A stretch of DNA of 63,976 nt, filler included, from Octopus bimaculoides (lineage: Eukaryota): NCBI RefSeq assembly GCF_001194135.2. It is 7 parts of 6 records of this genome, joined end to end, with 100 filler letters (N's around TTAATTAATTAA, not from the genome) between each part and the next. Parts side by side here need not be neighbours in the genome. Positions count along the whole stretch, not along the records: positions 26,433 to 41,536 come from NC_069005.1; positions 41,637 to 47,084 come from NC_068989.1; positions 47,185 to 50,095 come from NC_068983.1; positions 50,196 to 62,449 come from NC_068982.1; 3 more parts are not named here. One strand, given 5' to 3'. The notes below the pieces were generated by a model. That model saw only the letters and a program-made list of their open reading frames with translations. It was not told where the DNA came from and made no database searches. Every line of letters starts with the position of its first letter. Positions within the stretch are counted from its first letter, which is position 1. Of this stretch, positions 39,252-50,373 are shown piece after piece. The translations under genes were made by a program, and so were the position numbers.

Positions 39252-40714
39252 GTATGTAATTTCGAATTTTGTTCAGATTAAAGAAAAATATACTTCAAAT
39301 ATGCACAAGGTTTGCGTAGAGAATTATAATCGATACATTGCTATCGATCCAAATATTTGACAAGTGAGTCATTTTATTGATAACAGAGATATGAGCACAG
39401 AACATACGTTGATGGAACTAAAGTACGAGAAAACCATTCCCCAGTGTCACTGTAATGATTCTATAATTCTTTACCGACTTTCAAACATATATCTATGCGA
39501 TACTTAGATATGCAGTCGGATTACGATGAGAGGAAACGATTAATTATCTTCGGATTTAATTAATGATACGAGAACCAGACTGAGTCAAGCAGTGACATAT
39601 TCAAAACTCCATATCCTGATTTTGCCGTATCTGCTGCAATGTGCTTGTCTTGTACTATGTCCTCTCAAACTCTTGTTACTATGCCTACAGCCGCCTATAT
39701 CTTCTTTCTTTCATCCCATGTTCTGAAGAAAGCACTACATTTATTTTTTGCCGCCAAAGATCACTGGAACTTTGGAATAATCACTACTAATGGCATGTTA
39801 CCTTCAACTATAAATGCCCAGTTCTTTAAAAAGAAGAGGAAACAAAACAGAGTAAGGAAATGATATATGCGCAAACCCTTCCCCTGCACAGTTTCCCTAC
39901 ACAGTGGGTTTTATTATGCTGTTAATTGATTAGTTTATTATACGAACATGACCAACACCACAGATTCGAATGCTATTTTTTAAATCGGTAATTTTACTTC
40001 TATATATAGGTAAGAAAATTAAGAAGAATATGTAAGAAATATTCGAGGCCATTTGTCCATATGTCTATCTTTTTATTTATTCTTTTATATATTTATATAT
40101 CGCTCCATCTATCTATCTATCTATCTATATTTCTGTCTCTGTGTGTGTCTCTGTGTTTATCTATTTATCTATCTATCCGTTCATCCATCAATCTATATGT
40201 ATATCAATATAGATTAGTAATATGATTCATAACAATCACGGTGCATCAATATGTAGGACGCCAGAGATGGCCAGGTACAAAAGCTTAGAGCCCACAAACA
40301 TGAAGCTATCAGATAATGGTAGGATACCAGAGAATTCTAAGCACCAAATCAAGTTTAAATATATCCATATTTGTGTATATGTGTGTGCATGTGTGCTATG
40401 TGCACGAGTGTATAGGGCTATATTAATATATATATATATATANNNNNNNNNNNNNNNNNNNNNNNNNNNNNNNNNNNNNNNNNNNNNNNNNNNNNNNNNN
40501 NNNNNNNNNNNNNNNNNNNNNNNNNNNNNNNNNNNNNNNNNNNNNNNNNNNNNNNNNNNNNNNNNNNNNNNNNNNNNNNNNNNNNNNNNNNNNNNNNNNN
40601 NNNNNNNNNNNNNNNNNNNNNNNNNNNNNNNNNNNNNNNNNNNNNNNNNNNNNNNNNNNNNNNNNNNNNNNNNNNNNNNNNNNATATATATATATATATA
40701 TATATATACATACC

Positions 40715-40939
40715 CACGAGGAGGTGCTGAAAAGTTCCTGGATATGGGCAAAGGAAACTACAAGAGGATCAATCAGTTAATTATGTTTCTATTCATCATA
40801 TTCACCTCTCAGATTCACACATTTATTGCAGCGGTCCTTCAAGCTTTCTAAGCCCTGTAAAGGAATTCGGAGGGTTGGGCCTCCAGTCAGGCCTTTCGCG
40901 ATTCCCTTAAGGTCAGAAATCTTTCAGCACTCCTTCGTA
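40715..40939 (+). mobile_element. Mariner-derived MITE
   Basis: Imperfect TIRs cacgaggaggtgctgaaaagttcctg / cagaaatctttcagcactccttcgta; second copy at 9877-10072. Confidence 0.78.
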
Positions 40940-41850
40940 TGGATATACATATACATCTCCATATATTCATACATACATAAACATACACATACACACAGAG
41001 ACACACATAGAAGTAAAAGAAGCTACGATTCAATCACTTCAACAAGATAAAATGGACAAGTGTATCGTGTGGAGAAGATTCAGTATGTTTACCAGTGATA
41101 GAAAAGAAAATACCAGGGACGGCGAGGATGAAAAATGATTAAACAGATAAACGTAAAAACCTAACGCATTGATTTTACGAAAGATCAAGAGAAAATGGCG
41201 CGGATACAGTTCATCTGTGATGTTTGTTTGCATTTGGTGTGGCTGGGTGCTGTTCGCTCCCACTCCTCATGGTGCAGAGTTGTTTGGATTTTACTGATCA
41301 AGGGACAAAACAAAAAGAAAAAAGAACAAGAATCGTATTTCATTGCAAACCTTTAGCAATTAGAACATATTCATATATTGAATTTTAGAGGCAAGCACGC
41401 GCAAGCGTATGGAAAGGCACACGCTACTTATTGATCTCGGCATATCATCCAGCCTACACATGTACAAATATGTACACACACACATACATATATACACACA
41501 TATATACATATATATATACATATATATATGTAAATANNNNNNNNNNNNNNNNNNNNNNNNNNNNNNNNNNNNNNNNNNNNTTAATTAATTAANNNNNNNN
41601 NNNNNNNNNNNNNNNNNNNNNNNNNNNNNNNNNNNNTTGTAAACACAAGGACACAAGAAACATGTCAAGGCCGACAGGACGCGGTGCAGCCTCACAGGGC
41701 CAAACAGCAGCAGCATTATTCCCTTCATGTGAGTGTTACACTAAGTTGACAGCATACAACTACTTTATCGTATCACTACTGCATAAATCTCTGAGAGATT
41801 TAGAAATGTATTATTTCTATTTTATATATATATATATATATATATATGTA

Positions 41851-42060
41851 TTAGCAATTCACATTATAAGCAACGTTATTGCTACACGTAAACATTCAGT
41901 CTAAATGCAAATTCACTGATTATTTCCCTTTTCCTTTCCACTTACATACGTCATTTATCATACACTTAATTTATCATTCTTTAGGAATTTTTTTTGTGGT
42001 TTATTATGGCTTCTATTTAATTTAAACTCCAATTGTAGCATTCATCACTTTCCTCCTAAT
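41851..42060 (+). repeat. Copy 1 of a high-identity direct duplication of about 210 bp (copy 2 at 46594-46821)
   Basis: ttagcaattcacattataagcaac...cactttcctcctaa is present twice; copy 2 has a 21-nt insertion. Confidence 0.9.
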
Positions 42061-42299
42061 ACTACATCCTGTATCCTAGCGTTCTAACATCTAACGGTTT
42101 TTAAAAACTTAGCTACGTAGCGTTCTTCCAAATACGTAATCTTCACATTCAGTAAAGTTCTTGCATTCAAAGAATGATTCCCTGAAGAGAAAATTACATT
42201 TATAAAAACATCTTTTATTCCTTTGGAATAGAGTACATGGAATTTTCGAAACATGTGTCAGAATTAAAGGAACTTTTTTATTATATGCATTTTGCTCCA

Positions 42300-44414
42300 T
42301 TTGAGCAGGTAATGAAGGTCATGGAGAAGGTCATAGCCCAACGAATTAGGGAGAGAGTCAGTTTAGATGAGATGCAGTTTGTTCCAGGAAAAAGCACTAC
42401 TGATACTATATTTCTGGTAAGACAGCTGCAGGAGAAATACCTAGCCAAAGATAAATCTCTGTACCTGGCTTTCATTGACATGGAGAAAGCCTTTGACAGG
42501 GTCCCCTGATCCCTTACCTGGTGGTCAATGAGGAAACTTGGGATAGATGAGTGCTTAGTGAGAGCTGTGCAAGCCATGTACAGGGACGCTGTCAGTAAGG
42601 TGAGGGTTGGCAACGAGTACAGTGAAGAATTCCAGGTAGAGATAGGGGTCTACCAATGTTCAGTCATCAGCCCCCTCCTATTTATCATAGTCCTGCAGGC
42701 AATAACATAGGAATTCAAGACGGGATGCCCCTGGGAGCTCCTCTATGCTGATGACCTTGCCGTAATTGCTGAGTCACTATCAGAACTAGAGGAGAAGTTT
42801 CAGGTGTGGAAGCAAGGACTAGAATTCAAGAGACTTAGAGTCAACCTGGCTAAAACCAAAGTCCTAATAAGTAGGAAGGTAGACAACACACAAACCCCTT
42901 CAAGTAGATGACCCTGCTCGATCTGTAGAAAAGGCATAGGTAGAAACTCTATAAGATGTACCCAATGTAAGCTATGGACACATAAGAAGTGCAGCAATAT
43001 CAAAGGATTGCTAACTAGCAAGATAGTTTTTGTATGTGGCAGATGCTCAGGAGCAATAAACACTGAGAATGTGCAGAAAACAACCTTTACCACACTCCAG
43101 GGTGAAACACTAGAAGTAGTTAATAGCTTCCACTACCTAGGTGACCAAGTTTGTAGCGGGGGAGGGTGCGCTGAAAGTGTAGCTGCTAGTATAAGAAGAG
43201 CCTGGGCAAAGTTTAGAGAGCTCTTACCTCTGCTGGTGACAAAGGGCCTCTCACTCAGAGTAAAAGGCAGACTGTATGACGCATGTGTACGAACAGCCAT
43301 GCTACATGGCAGTGAAACATGGGCCGTGACTGCTGAGGACATGCGTAAACTTGCAAAAAACAAAGCCAGTTTGCTCCGATGGATGTGTAATATAAGTGTG
43401 CATACTCGACAGAGTGTAAGTACCTTGAGAGAAAAGTTAGGCCTAAGAAGCATTAGTTGTAGTGTGCAAGAAAGACGATTGCACTGGTATGGACGTGGCA
43501 AGAATGGATGAGGATAGCTGTGTGAAAAAGTGCCACACCCTAGCAGTTGAGGGAACCTGTAGAAGAGGTAGACCCAGGAAGACCTGGGATGAGGTGGTGA
43601 AGCACGATCTTCAAACTTTAGGCCTCATCGAGGCAATGACCAGTGACTGGGACCTTTGGAAATATGCAGTACGTGAGAAGACCTGGCAAGGCAAGTGTGA
43701 GCATAATCTGTGATCTCTGCCAGAAGTGTAGCCAGCTCACTAATCCGTATCTTTACTTCATTGGACACTAAAAACCCTCCTTGCAAAGACCTGTTGAGGC
43801 AAGTGATTTTGGANNNNNNNNNNNNNNNNNNNNNNNNNNNNNNNNNNNNNNNNNNNNNNNNNNNNNNNNNNNNNNNNNNNNNNNNNNNNNNNNNNNNNNN
43901 NNNNNNNNNNNNNNNNNNNNNNNNNNNNNNNNNNNNNNNNNNNNNNNNNNNNNNNNNNNNNNNNNNNNNNNNNNNNNNNNNNNNNNNNNNNNNNNNNNNN
44001 NNNNNNNNNNNNNNNNNNNNNNNNNNNNNNNNNNNNNNNNNNNNNNNNNNNNNNNNNNNNNNNNNNNNNNNNNNNNNNNNNNNNNNNNNNNNNNTGTTAC
44101 CAGCGTTGCCTTCTAGCACTTGTACTGGTGGCATGTTAGAAAATCATTCGAGCTAGGTCGTTGTCAGTACTGCTAGACTGGCTCCCGTATAGGTGGCACG
44201 TAAAAAACACCTTTTTGAGCGTGGCCGTTGCCAGTACCGCGTGACTGGCCCTCGTGCCGGTGGCACGTAAAAGCATCCACTACACTCTCGGAGTGGTTGG
44301 CGTTAGGAAGGGCATCCAACTGTAGAAACTCTGCCAGATCAGATTGGAGCCTTCTGGCTTGCCAGTCCTCAGTCAAATCGTCCAACCCATGCTAGCATGG
44401 AAAGCAGATGTTAA

Positions 44415-44446
<32 letters not shown>
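42300..44446 (+). mobile_element. 5'-truncated RTE-clade LINE: RT domain, PHD-like insert, long 3' UTR and (GAT)n tail
   Basis: FIDMEKAFDRVP, GVYQCSVISPLLF, LLYADDL (42744), FHYLGD, AMLHGSETW, RGRPRKTW; several stops and one frameshift near 43490. Confidence 0.93.
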
Positions 44447-44652
44447 CAACTCAAAATACATCACCTTAACATGGAATTTCTACCTCTTAACTAGGTATAA
44501 TATCCCAGTTTCTCTGTGAATTTTGCTACCCTGGTAACTATTAATATATTTACCTTATCGAAGTTTTTCAACTAAGCTTATATAGATACATGCATAAATA
44601 AATATATTGATACAGACTATCATATAGCCTGCTAATTTAATAGTAACCAAAA

Positions 44653-45530
44653 ATGGAACTGTTTAACATCAACGCATCTCTTAAAGATATTCCTATTCCA
44701 CCAAGGAATACTTACATTAAACAACTTATAAGCAAGACAAATTCTTTCATCAACCGAATGAGATGGAAAACTTATTTCTATGATATTAAAGACGTGATAC
44801 CAAACAAAAAAGATGAAAATTTGGATTTTAAGAGACTATTTAAATCTAGAAACAACCCTCTGTCTAACCCGAGATTGGATAAGTTTGAAGAAGACCTTTG
44901 GTCTATAGTGAAGAATATTAAATTTCACTGATCACCAATAAAGAACAGTCATCTAAGGTACCTCCACAGCATCACCAAAGAAATTAATAGAATCAATGGA
45001 ATGTTAGTATAGTCAGACAAAACAGGAAATCTATATAAAATTTTTAAGGAATACTACATGGAATTACTTAAAAAAGAAATAGAAAAGAATTTTAAGATTA
45101 CCAATAAAAATGTACTCTGGAAAGCCAGCCTGGAAGCCAAACAAATTATGAACAAATTCAACCTACAAAATAGAACAGAACCTTTGGACCCTAAACAGGT
45201 CCGTTTTGTTCTTAAGAACCACAAAAAAAATTTTTGGACTAACCCTACTCTACGTCTAATTTGTCCCTCTAGACCAGACATAGGTGTGCTTAGCAAAAAC
45301 ATTCTAGATAAATACATACCTACAATAGTGGATAAATTAAAACTAAGATTATGGTCTAATTCATCACAGGTAATAGAATGGTTTAGTTCCATTAAAGATA
45401 AAAGTAATACTAAATTCATACAGTTCGACATTTCTAATTTCTATTAGTCAATAAACCCCAGAATACTTAATAAAGCACTCTGGTTCACCCATAATAAGGC
45501 AGGTCTCACTAGGGACAAAATTAGTGTTTG
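44653..45530 (+). pseudogene. Penelope-like (Naiad-type) ORF: N-terminus and first RT motifs
   Basis: SLKDIPIP, FINRMRWKTYF, SDKTGNLY, KNHKKNF..NPTLRLICP, VIEWFSSI and FIQFDISNFY in one frame with stops at 44929, 45010 and 45445. Confidence 0.87.
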
Positions 45531-46593
45531 GGTTCGTATCTACCTCCATTCACACTAGTTAACCATCACATCATATATGTTATGTACACTTTCTCTACTT
45601 TAAATTTAATTTAATTTAGGTAATACAATTTTTCTAATTACTTGCATTTAACCCCTTTGGACTATTCCTCTAACTTATCATTGTTGCTAGATAAGGCTTT
45701 TATTCTTATCACATTTTTTAATTTTTATTATTGCTTATTATTTTTTTCTTCCTTTGGTCTTATACTAATACTCAAATATATTTAAGTTAATTATAACTTT
45801 ATATATTTTCAGTTCATTTCCCACCTTAGTATCCATATATGTTAACGCAGCACTTCTGCATTGTAGAGACACCACCATAACTTTAATATCAATTTAACAT
45901 TAATATTACTTTTAGTTTGTCTAACAAATCTGTTCTAATTATCTATACATATAGGGTTCTTTTTATTATGTCTTATTATCACAAATATCCAACTCCTAAA
46001 TAATAATAATAATAATAATAATATCATCAATAATAATAATTATAACTATTTTCCGATACTAGCTGGTCCTACACACTATCCTTCTCAAGTTAGTACAGAT
46101 TGTTCTACTCCAAGAACAGTAATACTTTAGGAATTATATAACGCGTAAGTGGATTAAGTTTTTTGATCACTTATATAGCTTACGTATATATTTACATATA
46201 TATTAACGATCTGGTTTTCATAAGTAATATAATAAATTAAAATACATGATTACTTCCCTTCATACATCTCTCTCAAATCTAGTTTTAAATTATTCTATAC
46301 TTATATTTTAAGATATTCTCCTTCTACTCGTACTTAACTTTTATATTCTGTCTAATATTGAGTTCTGCTTTTATTAATATACCTTTATGTCATATACAAG
46401 GATGCACGTTATTTCTGACGGATAATTCTGATTTAGTTTAAATATGTATTTAAATACGCACTTAAATATGTATTTATTGCAAATCTATTTCTTCACATAA
46501 TTTAATCTTTTATTACTATGTAATAATATGCATTGCCATTTACTTAGGTTAATTACTGTAATTACTTTGATACGCTATTATAAGTTACCCATG

Positions 46594-46821
46594 TTAGCAA
46601 TTCACATTATAAGCAACTTTATTGCTACACGTTATTTACGAGGATTCAAACATAAACATTCAGTCTAAATGCAAATTCACTGATTATTTCCCTTCTTCTT
46701 TCCACTTACATACGTGATTTATCATACACTTAATTTATCATTCTTTAGGATTTTTTTGTGGTTTATTATGGCTTCTATTTAATTTAAACTCCAATTGTAG
46801 CATTCATCACTTTCCTCCTAA
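46594..46821 (+). repeat. Copy 2 of the direct duplication
   Basis: Matches 41851-42060. Confidence 0.9.
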
Positions 46822-47084
46822 TCTGTATATATATAAAAGAGAGGATGTTTGTGTGTGTGTGTACGTGAATGTAGTTTATGCACGTCCACAAACTAGCACG
46901 CATGTCGCTCCAATTAAAATTGGAGGAGATTCAGAATGACCTTATGTGCATTTTGGCCAATTTTTTCTCTCAGAGGCACCCGCGTATAGCTGTAAAAATC
47001 GATAAACTTTTACGAATTTTGAAGTTTGTTGACATGGCGAAGTCAAATCTGTGCGTACGCGCGTGAAGGCAAGAGAGAGAGAGA
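46822..47084 (+). mobile_element. Helitron-like non-autonomous element, 5' part
   Basis: Starts TC after A (a|tctgtatatatataaaagagaggatgtttgtgtg); the duplicate locus shows an empty A^T site; the 3' end is lost in the gap. Confidence 0.5.
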
Positions 47085-47422
47085 NNNNNNNNNNNNNNNN
47101 NNNNNNNNNNNNNNNNNNNNNNNNNNNNTTAATTAATTAANNNNNNNNNNNNNNNNNNNNNNNNNNNNNNNNNNNNNNNNNNNNATATTTTTGTGCGTGC
47201 GTGTATGTGTATATTGTGTATGTTTTCGTGCGTGCGTGTGTGTTGTGTATGTGAGAGGTGTGTGTGTGCGTGCGTATGTGTGTGAGAGCGTAAGGATGTG
47301 TGCCAGGTATGTGTGTTATTTTGTGTGTGCACTCCTGTGTGTATGTGTGTGCATGTGTATGCGGCTGTGTATGTAGGCATGCGCGTATATATGGGTGTGT
47401 GTGTGGTGTGTTGTGGGGTAGG

Positions 47423-47467
<45 letters not shown>

Positions 47468-48029
47468 AAATGTGGATGAATGGGTTATTTTTCTTGGCTG
47501 ATAAAATGAAATATATTAGATATATATAAGTATCCCTGCCAGGGGCTCTATTATCGACTTTTTCAAATATCTGAGTATGCCATGAGGTTTCCAGACATGA
47601 GTTCTACTCACGTTTCAAGTTTCATCAAAATCGATAAAACGATGTAGGAGTTAGCTAACAACTCTACAAACACACCCACTGGCAGAATTTCTCACATATT
47701 TAGTAGATATACACATTTATATACATACATACACACATACATACATACACACACATACACACACATAACTGTACATACGTTGACAAACGCTCACGCACAA
47801 TAAATTCATTTACTTGACATTATCTTTGCAATTAGTTGGGAAAATGAACCCTCTAGCAGTGCTTAAAATGTAAAATTTTCATATACAATTAAGCAAGTCT
47901 TTAAAATAGCGAATGCAGTTTTTTAGTAGATAATGAAAACCTAGCCAAGAGTATGTCATGCATTTGAAAATGGAAAATTAATGGATCTCATCAGCAAAGC
48001 ATACTTAGTAAGACGGCCAAATTTTTTAA

Positions 48030-49510
48030 GGGGGTGGGCTGACTGAATCGTTAGCACGCCAGACAAAATGCTTAGCAGCATTTCGTTCGTCATTACGTTC
48101 AGAGTTCAGATTCCACCGAAGTCGACTTTGCTTTTCATCCTCTCAGGGTCGATAAAATAAGTACCATAATCCACTTACTCCCCCAAAATCGACATAATCC
48201 ACTTACTCCCCCCCCCAAAATCCACCACCACTACCTTAAAATTGCTGGCCTTGTGCCAAAATTTTAAACCAATATTAACACACATAATCAGTGTTATTCC
48301 ATTCCCTTTATTCTTATGCATAATTGATAAATTTCTAAGACCAGCTATGAATGTGGTTTACCGATAAGACGTAACATTAGTCACTTGCAGTGTCTTTAAC
48401 GATAAGTTACACTCCTAATTGTCTGACTAACTATATCGTCCTTGTTTTTCAAAAATTTTGGTTAACTAATACTTAGTGTGTTAGGTCACACGCTGATGAG
48501 AGATTTCGTTATCTAATTGTAAGAACAAAGTTAGTTAACTGAGGTTTTTCAGATGGGTATATGATGTACGAGACTTAAAGTATATTTGCATTTGTGTGTG
48601 AGTGTATGCATATGCGCGCGCGCGTGTGCATGACAGACAGACGGACAATGAGAAAGAATTAGCAAGCTATGAAGTCAAAGGCAAGCAAACTGTTGAACCG
48701 GTGATTTTGAAATAAAATACCTTGTATTATTTGTTCTACGCGAGTTACAAAAACACGTTTCTTTTCACATTCTCGCCATTGTAAATGCAGTGAACTAGTA
48801 ATTATCGTGTCGTAGCTTGTAACGATCAATCATTTTGTACACAAAATACAATATACGGTATCAAGTCCTTTTCCTTTAATATTTGACAAAGGAAATATTG
48901 AAAATATTTATAGCATGAAGTAAGTAGAAACCGCTGAATTGATAGCACATCAAACAACTTACTCAGTAGCCTTTCTTCAGACTCTTTATGTTATGAGTTC
49001 AAATGCCGCCGAGGTACTTGAACACAATTTACAAACACGGACGTTAGTTTCGTTAAGACGGTGGACAAAATGCTTAGCGGCATTTATTCCGTCTTTACGT
49101 AGTGAGTTCAAACTCCGCCAAGGTCGACTTTGCTTTTCATCCTTTCTGGATCGATAAAATAAGTACCAGTTGAGTACTGGGGTCGATGTAGTCGACTCAT
49201 TCCCTCCTCTAAAATTGCTGACCCTGTGCCAAAATTTGAAATCACCATCATCATCATCATCATTATTATTATTATTATCATTATCATTATTATAAAGGCG
49301 GCGAGCTAGTAGAATCGTTAGCACGCCGTACAAATTTCTTAGTGGCATTTCTTCCGGCTTTACGCTCTGAGTTGAGATTCCGCCGAAGTTGACTTTGTCT
49401 TTCATCGTTTCGGATTCGGTGAAATAACTATCAGTGAAACTTTGAGGATCGATATAATCGATTTATTTTGTCCCCTAAAATTGCAGGCCTTGTACTAAAA
49501 TTTGAAACCA
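48030..49510 (+). mobile_element. Cluster of SINE family A copies (about 48030-48270, 48950-49245, 49295-49510)
   Basis: Match to 11811-12032; (ATC)n/(ATT)n tails. Confidence 0.8.
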
Positions 49511-49792
49511 TTATTATTTTTGAGTTTGAAAATAGTGGTAACTCCTTTTATCGTTACTGTCACGACAGTGACCTTTAGCCTTTTGGAGTTGCTTACGCAA
49601 TATTATTTCCAATAACATCCGCATATTTACTCAAGAAATTTCCTTAGTGCACTTAAACTGCATAAGAGACTCAGTGTTTCTTGGTATGTTTCTTTTTTCC
49701 TAGGATGCGAAGATGTTGCGAGCAAGATATATCAAACGATTAAAGTAGCTATATTAAAATAGTTATAGCATGAAAAGTTCGTATTTATGCAT

Positions 49793-50095
49793 TGTTGTTG
49801 TTGTTGGCACTCCGTCGCTTACGACGTCGAGGGTTCCAGTTGATCCGATCAACGGAACAGCCTGCTCGTGAAATTAACGTGCAAGTGGCTGAGCACTCCA
49901 CAGACACGTGTACCCTTAATGTAGTTCTCGGGGATATTCAGCGTGACACAGTGTGACAAGGCTGACCCTTTGAATTACAGGCACAACAGAAACAGTAAGT
50001 AAGAGTGAGAGAAAGTTGTGGTGAAAGAGTACAGCAGGGTTCGCCACCATCCCCTGCTGGAGCCTCGTGGAGCTTTAGATATTTTCACTCAATAA
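49793..50095 (-). mobile_element. SINE family C, head lost in the gap
   Basis: Highly similar to 53946-54245. Confidence 0.85.
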
Positions 50096-50339
50096 NNNNN
50101 NNNNNNNNNNNNNNNNNNNNNNNNNNNNNNNNNNNNNNNTTAATTAATTAANNNNNNNNNNNNNNNNNNNNNNNNNNNNNNNNNNNNNNNNNNNNGAGAG
50201 AGAGAGAAAGAGAGAGAGAGAAAGAGAGAGAGAGAAAGAGAGAGAGAGAAAGAGAGAGAGAGAAAGAGAGAGAGTGAGTGAGTGTGCATATACCTGTTTG
50301 TGGTGTGTATTTGTGTATATGTATGAGTGTGTGTGTATA

Positions 50340-50373
<34 letters not shown>

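Noticed and set aside
44929-44931. In-frame TGA in the Naiad-type ORF as possible selenocysteine (some Naiads encode selenoproteins)
   Set aside because: The other two stops are TAG, the site is not in a Cys context, and CGA-to-TGA decay is simpler; no SECIS was identified
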